From Psammoneis japonica (Eukaryota), in NCBI GenBank assembly GCA_008632985.1, contig QPGO01000024.1, forward strand, positions 62,001 through 126,000: a stretch of 64,000 bases of DNA, given 5' to 3'. The notes below the pieces were generated by a model. It was not told where the DNA came from. It saw nothing but the letters and a program-made list of their open reading frames with translations, and ran no database searches. Shown in pieces: positions 32,301 to 43,957 of the stretch; within the stretch, counting starts at the first letter, position 1, and each line of letters begins with the position of its first letter. Made by a program: the position numbers and the translations under genes.

Positions 32301-33340
32301 CGTTCATCTCCTTTTTTGCGAGCGGCATTTTCGTTGTCGCGATGCGACCGCGTGCGATTGCCATTTGAACGGCGCATTTTTGGGTCTCTTTCAGAGTCAC
32401 CCTTGCACTCTTTTGCCAGTTCATTTTTAGAATGGCTTCAATCCGTGATGCAGGTGTTCTTTTTTCAAAGACAAGACCTTGCATTCACTTTGGATTGTTC
32501 TGGCACCACACAGGAGACCATTTTTGGAACCAAATTTGGAACCTTTTTTATTTTGGAACCAACTGCGCTGTCAGAGCCTGAGTTGACATGTTTTTTCGTC
32601 ACGGACGTCATGAACGACCTTTGGATGACTCAAAACTTAATCAGCTCATCAAGGATGAGTTGCAACAGTTGATTGTTTTGGACAGTAGACTGATGCTGCC
32701 ATCCTTGCGGTGCGAGTGACAGCTGATGAATCAGCGCTCGGTTTCCCGCTAGATTCGACTTAGAATCCATCTGAGGGTCGCATGGACTCTCATCATTGAC
32801 CTCTTGGGTCTAACAGAGGCTTTCTTGCTGTCAAGCAGCTCTGGTTTCTTCAGATCGTCTTGAAAATAACAACTCTGATTCTGAAGTGCAATTCTTGGAA
32901 AGACATGAGATGTGAGACTCTTGAGGTGCTTTCCAACGGTTCCATCTTGCTCTTGGACTCGAGGCTCGTTGATTCGGTCTCCAAAAACTCTCCAACAGTC
33001 TCTCCTTGCACACCAGACGCATTTCTCGGACCTGATCGACTCGGAACTTGCATTCTCTGCAACCATGACTTGGTGTAGATTTTTTGATGATGCGGTGTGC
33101 TTGAGAGCCCTTGATCCTTGGGTGCTTGGAATGGACCGCACTGGAGCGAATCCTCTTGTCTGGCAGACGAAAAACAGCGTTCCATCTTGAGGCACTGCTC
33201 GGCTTGAGCTTCTTCCGCTCGGAAATCGATTCCAGCAGAACTGGTGCGATTCGTTCCTGTTCATAGAAGAATTTGCAAAGGCACATTAGTTAAAATTTTC
33301 ATTTTCCGTGCTTTTTACCTTCTGTGGTGTGCACACACAA

Positions 33341-33707
33341 TGCACTGTGCTCGAAGAACGAGTGCAAACGAAAGTAGAATGGTGCACGAAAAGTGGAAAT
33401 TATAAGATTGAATTTTGCTCTGTGATTTTTGGTTTCTCCGAACGAGTTCTCAATGGCCTAAAGCTTCTGCACTGCTTCTACAGACAAAAGGCCTTTCGGA
33501 GAATGTGTTCGTGACAACAGATTGTCCGGGTACGATTGCTGTTGACACGCAAGATGTCAACATCATCAATCGATCGTATTTGCAATTCTCGACATCCGAT
33601 CAACTCTGTGTGATCGTTCTGTCCTTTGTACGCATCCACGACTGTGGTGCGATTGACACACAAATGACGTGCAATCATAAATGTGCACACAACAGTCGCA
33701 TGCTGCA
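33341..33707 (-). repeat. 5' LTR of the Gypsy element (TpA-mutated copy)
   Basis: Ungapped match to 29020-29386 with about 24 transitions. Confidence 0.95.
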
Positions 33708-33711
33708 GCGC

Positions 33712-36700
33712 CGCCGCCGCAAACAAAGAGTCGTCAGAGATTCAGTCGCGAGCTTTTGGCAGCATCATGGCATCACCATCCTTGTTTTTCGTCTGAGTTC
33801 TTCACGCAACCACAGTGGCAAAACTAATCTATAAATGGCGGCTGTACAAAACTGTCTTTGACATTTCAAAATGTGAGCTCCATCCAGTTGTGAAACATGG
33901 TGTGCAGTCAAAAGGGTCTCTCTCTCTCGTTGCCAAATGTCGCGCTTGTCTTCCGATGCGGTGGAGGGGTGCGCACTGGTGGCAGAAAAACATGTGCTGA
34001 TAGACCAGCTCGAAAATCATTGAAGTGAAGGAGAAGAGCATGATTGATGATGTGCGAGCACATCGAACCCAATCAGCAGCTCGTGCTTTGCTCTCTCCTC
34101 CTCAGTGACGGCTGTTCCGACAAAGCTGTTCTCCATCTCAGGCTTCCTTTTTGACCAGCATCCACAGTCCGCAACAAGCAAGCTTGAATGATGCATCTTT
34201 TTGCAAGCATTGAATGACAATTTCCTTGGCAACATTTGCGCGTGGTCAGCTCTTCCAAAGAGACTTGGATTGCTTGACGGGCACTAAAAAAGTGAGCTGA
34301 AGAAATGCAAAATGCAGTTTGGAGCCTGCACACAGTGCACAACAAGGGCAAAAGAGGTGAGTGGAAGAAAACGCAAACTCAAGCTTTGGCTGACCCTTCG
34401 ATTTGAACTCATGTTGAGAAGCTTGTGGAAGCAACTCCTTGTCAGACCGCAACATTGACCAGTGCCTGGGGGGCAGAGTCAAAACAGAGTGTCTTGCATC
34501 AGAGGGAAAGCAGGTGGAGCAAATGTCACTGGCAGTGGGTGGATTTGTGCTGATCAACATTTTGCAGCATCAAAAAGCCACAAAGCAGATGGCAAAAGAC
34601 CAGGACATCGAATGGCATCATCAAGTGCAACGAGCAGTCAATGAAATGCCGCGCCGCAAGAAATTCAATGGTCGTGGGCTTCACTTTGCCCTTGCCTTCC
34701 ACCCTGAGTCACCCTCATTGTAAGGTTTGAACACTGCAATGGCCGCCCGGTGGCGATCTTTCAAAAACATGGTTCAGCGACACCTTCAACGACTCCACAA
34801 GCCACGAAGGCTCCAAGGATGAGACTGGAAGCACATGAGGGTTCCCCATTCTTGTCAAACCAACGACATCAAGTGGATCAGGTTTGACAAGTCTACAAAG
34901 TGATGGAGACAACAAAACACAAATGTCTGGATGTGGCAAGACCATGAATGAGACCGACCAGTGAATTTCTTGAGTTGGACACAACAGGGGTGGACCATCT
35001 GTGTGGTTTCAAGCAGCCGTCGCAACAAAAGAAAGCATTTTTGGTGTGAGCAAAGCCAATTCAGCAAAAGACTCTTGCGACAAACGGCAAAATGAAAAAC
35101 TCACTTAAGAATGTTTCAAGAAAGTTCAGTCATGCAGAAAACAGTTGTTGGTGACTGGTCGTCAAAAATGGTGACCGGTGATGAGAAATTTGAAGGCAAC
35201 ATGCACACTCTCACGACCTGAACAACAAATGAATGAAAACTGTCCCATGAAAACCACTTCTAGATGAATGCAGGCAACATTTTCTCCCAAAAGCTCAAGA
35301 GGCAACCCAATCTTGGAGACTTTTTGATGCAGAATTGGGCAGCATGAGCACTGGTGCCAGGTGCAATGTGTGGTGTTTGCGCAGCAGAGCAATGCCCCAA
35401 CATCCATGAGCTCAGTGGAGGGACACCAGTTGGGAAGCAGCAGAGGATGTGGGAACGTGAATGTTGTCTGATGCCATTTTGCTGATTCTCTTGATGAACA
35501 TTGCTCTGGGATGCATCTTGCATCCTTTTTCACTCTTTTCAGCGTGGGCACATGAGATGTGACACGGAATGTCCGCCATTCTTGTTGGAAGATGTGCAGC
35601 CTCACTCCGCATTTGTGCAGATGGCAGAACAATTTTGCCAGTGATGACAAGTGCCGCCACTGCTCACCCATTGCAAAACAACTGCAAGTGGCTGCTGCTG
35701 CTGCAGTGTTGTCCACAAGCCATTTTCCAAATGAGAGGCACCTTCCACCGTGCATCAATGTCCACAAGAATTTGGCAATGCTGCTCAACCACAGCAACGC
35801 TTCAAGAAAACGAGCAAAAGGTGGTTGGAACAAGCCTTGGGAAGTGGACAATTTGATGCTGTTGCGGGTGACAATGCCGGTGGCAGCATTGTTTCCACTC
35901 AAACCCAAGATCACTCGGGTCATGTTGCTTCTCAACAACATGAGCAATTCCAGTTGCATGGCATCAAAAAGAAGGCTTTCAAAATGCACAATTCATCCAT
36001 GGGAAGTGATGAGGAGCTGCAGAACCAAGTCACATCCAAATGCAGGTCCAAGCACCAAATCAATCAGCTGGTCCAGAGTGCCATCAATTTGGAGCTGCAA
36101 TGAGCCCAACAAGCCTGACTTTTCAAGCAAAATTGTCAGGCCAATCCAAAATGAAAATGCAGCTCAGATGTGACACAAAGCGGGGTGCTCTCAGGGGATG
36201 GATTTGCCCAAAGAAAGGCTGGCTTGATTTTGACATGATTCACAACGTTTTCTGCACAACAATGGAGATGACAAATGGAGTGTCATTGGAGTGCAAATCA
36301 CAGCTTTGCATTCCATGTTTGCAATGCTTTGACAGAGAGAATCATGCCAGAACCAAAACAAAGCACCTTGAGCAGCACCATTGTTTCTCTGCTTCTCCCA
36401 GAAGAGCGCGCCAATGCTGCCAGATGACTTCTTGAATTCAGACTGCTTTCTGTTCCTTTCACTGTCCTTGGTGCTTTTCTTGGGTGCTTTGGTGCCTCTT
36501 CAAGATGAGCTGGAGGAAGAGACGCCTTTTGATTGTTGCCAGAAGAATCAAAAGGTTTGTCGCTGCCTGGAAAAGAAGAGAAAAATGTCCACATTGTGGT
36601 GAGCTCTCACGCATTGCTCAAGCCATCATCTTGTCATTGACAGAGGTGCACTGTCCTCATCATAAAAGGGTTCTCTTCATTTCTGCCACCAGCTTTGCAC

Positions 36701-39700
36701 TTTCTTGCATCTTCCAATTGGGTCAATGCTGCTTGCAGCTTGCTGATCAAAGTCTCTGCGATGATGCTCATTGTGTCATTCTGGACAGCACTGAATGACA
36801 GCATTTTGTCTTCTTGAACTTCCCAAGTCCTGCAAGTTTGTTTGACTTTTGGCACTCAGGCAGAGAATTGCACAAGTGGCATCATGCGTGTCTGCATTTC
36901 CCATCACCCCAAAGTCTTTCTGGGTGTGAACAGCTGGATCATTTTTTTCTTGTTCACCACATTGCTCCTTTCCAGTTTCACGGTCAACAAAGCCAGAAGG
37001 CTTGCTCCTCTGTGTTGCCATTGTTTCATGATTGCAGCAGCAGGTCTGGCCAGCATGGACATCAACTGCAGCCTTCCACAGAGACCAACTCTTTTTTGCT
37101 TTGTCAACTTCTGCTCCTGACAAACAGTTTCTTCATTGGAGGGACAGTCAGTTTCTGCAGAATCTTTCTTCAACTGCTTCAACGGGCAAAAGGGTGATGA
37201 AATTCCACTCCCCATCAATTTGACCAGTTGATGCTGCAAGAACCACTCATTTTGGAAGCAGCACCTTGCAGCACCATGGAGCTGCCAGAAACAACCAGCG
37301 GCACTGTGGTGTGCAGGCTTCCCAGATGCAGTGACTCAAAACGGCACTCGCTGCCTCTGCCAGCTGGCACTGATGAGCCCAAGTGGGGGCCCAGAGGCAA
37401 CCTCCTCACTCAAACTCTTGCCACCATGAATGCCTTGACTGGTGCATGGGAGTCAAAAGTGGGTGGGATTGATGGCATTTGTTCATTCCATGCTTCCCCA
37501 GCAGGTGGTTCTTCAACAAAACAAAAAGAAACTCAGGGATGCCAGCAAACAAAGTGGTCTCAAGGTGAAATTTGAGTCATTCACCAAAGCTTGCACCGCC
37601 ATTTGCCAGCACCAACTGTGCAGAAAATGATGATTGAATCATTGACAACCAAGCACAGGAGACCATTGCAGCAGAAAAATGGGCACAGAAAGCTGGGGAG
37701 ACAAAACGTTGACATGTGTCAAGATGAATGTTTTCAACCCGCTCTTGGGAGGAATTCCAAATGACAACAATGCAGTCAAAAGCAGCAACTGTCATGACAA
37801 AACACTTTAAATTGCCAAGAAAAGCAAAGTGCTGCTCTCTTCACACCAAAGAAAGTTTGCAAATTGCTCTCAGGCTGCAGCAAAGAGGACTTGCTGCACT
37901 GTGGGGGCATGAAGCCAGAGATTCACAGTTGGAATTTTTGTGAACAAGTGCATGTGATCCTCATAAACTGAGAACAATGGGGCTGCTTTTCTTTCTTTGC
38001 AGTGGCCGTTCCAAGATGTCAATGGCCCTGTAGATGCTCCAAGAGGCTTGTGCACTGTTGGGGGCCAGCACTGCGCAAGTGATCTTGCTGACCTTGGCAT
38101 TGACACAGACAAATGAATTGATGGCTGCATCGATCCAAGATGCCACTCTGGAACCCTGAAAAAGCTGTTGCTGAGTTCGACATGAGTCGTGAAATGGCTG
38201 TGGATTGGATCAAGATGTTCAAATTGTGAGGCCAACCTTGCCATCAGACAACATGACTCAAGCTGCAATGAAAGAGCTTTGGCATGAGCTCACACATGTG
38301 ATGAGTTGCCATTGATGCCATCAGAAGAGCTGTTGGAACAATGCACTGACACCGGTCTCATGCGCTGCACATGCCAGACACGCCACCAGCATCATGCATG
38401 ATGCTGCCGTTCATGTGCCACAGCAAAGCACCGAGGAACAGCATTGGGTTTTCCTCCTGCACCAAACACAAAGGACTGTTCCAAGCATTGGTCAGTCATT
38501 GCAAACTTTTCTACGCAAGCACCCACTGGCAACCCCTGCGTGTGTTTCTGCGCGTGCTCTCGTGCTATGTCGCCTTTTCAGACGGCGTTTTGCTGATCCC
38601 TGTCACCTTTTGCCCCTTCCCATTGTGCACCTTTTATCTCCATGATGTCAACAATTTTCAGTGGAAACGACTGGCATCGACACTTTGTGGTTCGCATGCT
38701 TGTTGTCTCATTTGGCAATTTTTTGCGGATTCGGTGCGATTTCTACACAGAATCCAGTGCAAATTCTACGCACTTCAGAAACACACACCGACAGTCATTG
38801 CGTCTCCGATGCGATCAACTTCCATCCTCACCCGAAAGCCCCCAACAATTTCTTTTACTTCCACTGGCTGCTCAAGTTCTTCACCTCATGTGGTGAAAGT
38901 GCTGTCCCTGTTGTGGCGCCTGCGAGTGTTCACATGGACAAACCATCGGCATCATCTGACGACCGTCCATTTGCTGCGCGGATCGGCTTTTCTACGCAAG
39001 ATTCAGCATCAATTCTACGTGAGAGTGACATTTCTTCCGACGACCTTCTCGTCACATCACCAAGACTTCCCACTTCATCCTTGCAAGTCACGAACATCCC
39101 CTTTTCTGCTTGCTGGCCTGCCAAGATCACTGTTCTGAGCAGTGAACTGCACATTGTTGTTCTGGTTCATGCAACTGTGAAATTCAGTCTTTGTTGAAGA
39201 CAAGATTCTCCCTCAGAGGCAAAGATTTTCTCTCAGAGCATGCGCTGACTTTGAATTCTCTGCTCAACTTGATTGTCCTTTGCTGTGGCAGTTTGGGTGC
39301 CTTGCATCCTCTCCAAAAGAAAGCAATGATCTCATTCTGGTGCAATTTTTCCTTGACCTTTTGTCACTGGTGCGCGTCGCTGTAAAGCGGCGCTTTGACC
39401 GACTGATTGCACGACATTCTGCCGCACCATCCTCGCAGGGTGCACTGGAAGTGTGGGTCAGCCGGCGCCGGTGTTGCTGGGCAAAGGTGCGACAGCACTT
39501 AAAACCGGGTTTTGGTTTTTTTTGGTCAGTCATTGCAAGGCTGCAAGGCATGGAGGAGCCCTGATGATTGACTCGCGAAGCTCGGCTGAAGGGTTCATGA
39601 TCAGAGCGCAAAATTGAATGTGGCCAAAGAGTGGGCATTCTCCATTTTGCATTGTGTGGCATTGCACTGCACTGCATTGTGTGGCACTGCATTGCATGGC

Positions 39701-40170
39701 ATGGCATTGTTGCTTGCCGCTGCATTGTGTGATGACATGTTGTGTCCCAAGCACACTGACACCCCCACGAGCAACACGCCAATGAACAACGTCTTCTGTG
39801 CTGCCTTCTTGATCCACTCCACACGTGCAATTTAAGAGTGCATTGTCCAATTCATTGTCGGCAAAACATTCTTTCCGGTGTTGGGGCAGTTCCAAGGGTC
39901 AAGCTCAAAGCTCAAAGACATTTTTGTTTCTGCTTTTGCGCTTCGGCACTGGCTCAGAAACCCAATCGCCATTCACGCTTGTCACAGTCGATGATGAAGC
40001 AAACACAACATGGCAAATTAAGCACCAGTGCCGGCAGGAGAGTGGGAGAGACAGCGAGAGCATTGATGCAGTGTGCTGCGGTTGAAGTGAACCATTGGAT
40101 CTTTTGACCGCTGGGGCAGGGAACGACGAGTCCCGCGAACGACAAGGAACCCACGCTGAGTCTTGGATTC
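33712..40170. other. Decayed TpA-depleted repeat/TE block
   Basis: TG/CA-rich with rare TA; no assignable protein. Confidence 0.6.
39648..39712 (+). repeat. Degenerate pentanucleotide microsatellite
   Basis: tgcat tgtgt ggcat tgcac tgcac tgcat tgtgt ggcac tgcat tgcat ggcat ggcat. Confidence 0.8.
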
Positions 40171-40537
40171 CTACATTGCGCATCTGTGAGGGGACAAAGT
40201 TAATCTGTCAGGGATACCTATTCTCCCCTCGGATGGTTTTCCAAGTTCGGGGTCCCACTCCGTACGGTACGATCTAAGCTGCCGAGAACAGAAGTGGGTC
40301 GCTTGTCAACTACGTACAATCGTATAAGTGACTATAAGTATACGGTAGACAAGGCGTTTGACTCCCCTCTTCGGTGACAAGGGGGGCGCTGGGCATTACC
40401 GAGAGCGCTGAATTCTCCCTTATCGAGGATCAAAGTTCCGATTGATTCTCAAGTGGTACAATATAGCCTTCTCACCGACCTCTTGGCATGGTCAACTCTT
40501 CCAAAGACATTTGGCAACAAAAACTCTATAATTAGCT

Positions 40538-42811
40538 TTAAAAACACTTACTTGGTGGATGACATGGGAGCCTCAAGCTCGCCAGCAAACGCCACGGGCA
40601 TGATTGAGAGCGCTGGAACTTCTCGTATTGCTGATCAAACGAAGTCCGGATTGATTCGCAAGTGGTTGAAGATAGCCTTCTCACCGACCTTTTCACGTGG
40701 TCAACTCTTCCAAAGAAACTTGACCACTCTTTGGCCGACACCAGCGTAAGTTGTAAAACGCCAGCAGTCGTCATAAGCAGCGACACAGCGGCAAATGCCG
40801 TTTGAAAACTGGAAAAAAGTTGGAAAATTGTTGTGAGTTCACAGAGTACTTGCTACCTACACGAATCAAATCATACGGCCGCAAAGAAAACTTACGATAC
40901 AAAGTTCGTCGAAACGACGCCCACAGACACAGCAACATTTACAATTACTTGGGGCATCGTCAAAAGTGAACATCTTGAATCAGAGGGTAAGTAAATCGAA
41001 CGGATAACACCCGCCGTTGGAAAGTAAATGCCAATGAGCAGCTCATACATCAAGAACGCCACCAGGCAAAGTGAGAACGAAGAAGAGCCTTCACTCGACA
41101 CGACGCAGGGGTGAGCAGAAGCAACGCGCATGCAAAATAGCAAGACGCTGCCAGGAATTCCACTGCCATTGGTCTGACTTCACCCTCTCCCTCGATTTTC
41201 ACTTCATCGCCCTTGAGGGACGAAAGCGGGGACAACAACAACGTCACCACCTTCCGAAGATGCGGGGCTGCTAACCCTCCCACGACACCGCACGCCATAA
41301 AGGCTCCAAAGATGAGACCATATGCGGGTTCGCCGGCTTTGTCGGTGCCAATGGCATTGGTAGGCGCATTTATGGCAAATGCCCGAAGTGACGGTGACCA
41401 CAAAAAGATGAAGATCTGGATCGCACCCATGGTGAGACCGTGGATGAGACCAACACGTAGAACTTTCGAGTCTGACTTGAAAACGCGATACGCGTCGCCT
41501 ATTCAGCGGAAGAAACAAAATGTTGTTAGGTCAATGGCATTAACTATGGCATGATATCGCAGGCGCAGGCGAGTAGCACGAGAGAACTTACGTAAGTAAC
41601 CAACTGCCGACTTGGTACCGGGTTCCTCACTTCCATAGTTCTCCGACCAAACCATCATGACCACTCCTAGAGCAATGCACGTGCACGTCACCGCACCCTT
41701 GAAAGGTCCCTTTGGACCCAAGTGATCAGCGAGAAGGTGTGCCAGATAGCCCGAACAAATGGCCGCCAAGTTGCTAACCACCACCGAATCTCTCATGATA
41801 ATCTCGTAGTCAGATTTGTTGAACCCCCGACGGCGATACTCGGTGTCGAGCCATGTTTCAAATACGGTTGAAAGAAGATTGGTTGTTATTCCTCCAACCA
41901 TACGACTAACGATTAAACCAGGTAGGTAGGGGTACTGCTCGAGCTGGTTAATGGCAATCTCCAGAATACAGTACGCCAGCGCTGACTTCTTCCTACCAAA
42001 CCTATCAACCAGGGGTCCAGTGATCGGCGAGGCGAACGCTCCTGTCAAGAAGCCAAGGCAGTAAAGAGACGCCACCGAATACCCGTATCCTTCGTATAGC
42101 ACATATAAATGAGTACCTAGTGAAGACAGGATTAACAAGAGGAGACAGGTAAGGTCGTTATGAACAAAGCGATACTCAAACGTCTATTGAAAGCGGGAAT
42201 GCTTTCTCACCTTGCAGTCCGTCAGCCAGCATGATTGCGAGCATGACCAGCAAGTAGTTGAAGCGAAATGTTGTGAAGGAGCGAGAGCGCCGCTCCGATG
42301 AAGGAGTGGATTCAGTCTCTAGTCGTGGCTTCAGATTCACTTTGATCTCTGGACATGGTACGACCGGGTGTGGTTCCACCCCGATATCGTAGGCTTCGTG
42401 CATTGCAACATGCTTTTCAATCTCAGGAGCAGCAAACTCGCAACTCTCGTCTTCTGAGCTCTCAAACAGCGAGGATTCAGGTGTCACCACGTCCATATCT
42501 TCGTCATCCGAATCGCTCAAAGATGTGACAGTGCTTTCAGGAGAAACGCTCGCGGTTGATCCGTCAACACTGTCCGTGCCCTTACACAGATCAGAGACAT
42601 TAGATGAAGTTTCAACAATCACACGGACTGAGCAACCGTTGGAAAGTAGGGGTCTGTAGATTACAGGTGTTGGACCCTTTCCTCCGCTACGCGACTCCAG
42701 TGGACCCGTGATGTGATGGTTTTCACCGCAGTCTCGTTCACCATCGACATCACCATAGTCCGTTGGCGAGGACGACCGCTTGGATCGGCGACGGTATCGA
42801 TGGCGCATCAT
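40538..42811 (-). CDS. MFSD5: MFS_5/DUF791 molybdate-anion-transporter-like protein, about 4 exons
   Basis: YLLVMLAIMLADGLQ|GTHLYVLYEGYG across a GT-AG intron (42210-42117); SRMVGGITTNLLSTVFETW; IFIFLWSP; YGLIFGAFM; YELLIGIYFP. Confidence 0.88.
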
Positions 42812-43957
42812 TATTCTCCTTATCCTTGATCATGCACTTCGCAGCCACTCTCCACAACAACAAAAATGGGAAGAGTGTTTACAGGACTTGACAGACATTT
42901 GCCAGATGCATGAAATTGTGAGGCATGTGTCGTGTTGGTATCTTTCCGCCTTCGCGTCGTGCTTTTGCATGTCGTGGGAGACGACGCTGACTCTTGAGAG
43001 AGCAGAAACCCTTGAAAATTTCGCTGCGAACGCACATGCGTTGAAGGTTAGATTTCTGATACAAAAAAGTACTATTGTCCAGAAAGGAGATGAAAAAATA
43101 TTCAACTTATTGAGAGCTTTTAGAAACTGATTTTTGAATTTCTACTCCTAAAAGTCAACGGACAAGACTGGATGAAAGCGTGACAATTTATCACATGGAA
43201 GCAACGAATACATTGAATCAGTTTTAAAAAAGTATAGCCAAAATTGCTTGATTACAAAGTATATACATACGCGAACATATATTGTTAGTCGTTTGGAAAG
43301 GATTCCCGCCATCACTTTTTTCCGAGGGGTAGGCAGGCTCGTCGGTGAAACAGCCACGTGCCATATTGCTCGCCAGACTCGCAAAATGACGTCACCGCCT
43401 CCCGCGAAATAAACGCAAGACTTTACGCGCGGTTGAGACGCGCGACAACACGAAGACCGCGCTCTGGCCGTCGTATGTGAAGCAGAAGTGGCCACGTGTA
43501 GGCTTCATACCAATCTTACGCAGGCATTCTGATTCCGAAAGAACGGAAATTTGGATTCTACGACAAATCCACGTAGAATTGGTACTGCAAAAGGAGGGGT
43601 TGATGGAAAGTGCACCTGTTGGCCGCCAACCTCTTGCAGATAGTTTGACGAGGGATTATCACCAAGCTGCATGTCACAAAGAAGACATTGCAAAACGACG
43701 AGGACACTAGAAGGGCGTTGTAGACGAATGGAATCAATATTGTGTGGCCTCTACACGAGCGTCACATCGACATTAAAACAAATCAGTTGCGTGTGAATTG
43801 GGGAGACTGAGGATTGCTTCGGCACTCTCAACTCGGGTTCGTTTTCTCAAGATCGCATACCGGTACCACATTGGAATTTTTTTCGGAGCCAACGCGTTAC
43901 ATTTCACTGCACTTCTTTCCACCGTGTACAAAAGGGAAGATACGATTGTCGTTTCGT

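Larger units (their letters stand above)
29020..33707 (-). mobile_element. Ty3/Gypsy LTR retrotransposon with two LTRs, a decayed internal region and a 4-bp TSD
   Basis: 367-bp LTRs; GCGC at 29016-29019 and 33708-33711; PPT agggaggcgaa. Remnants of gag (SHVFPRIAL), protease (VDNGTSS, MIMGRDLM), RT (YPLPNIQEMLLK, MPWG..LPM..APDIF), RNase H (ELLSTVKTLIKFRNILFG..YTDHK) and integrase, in Gypsy order. Confidence 0.93.
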
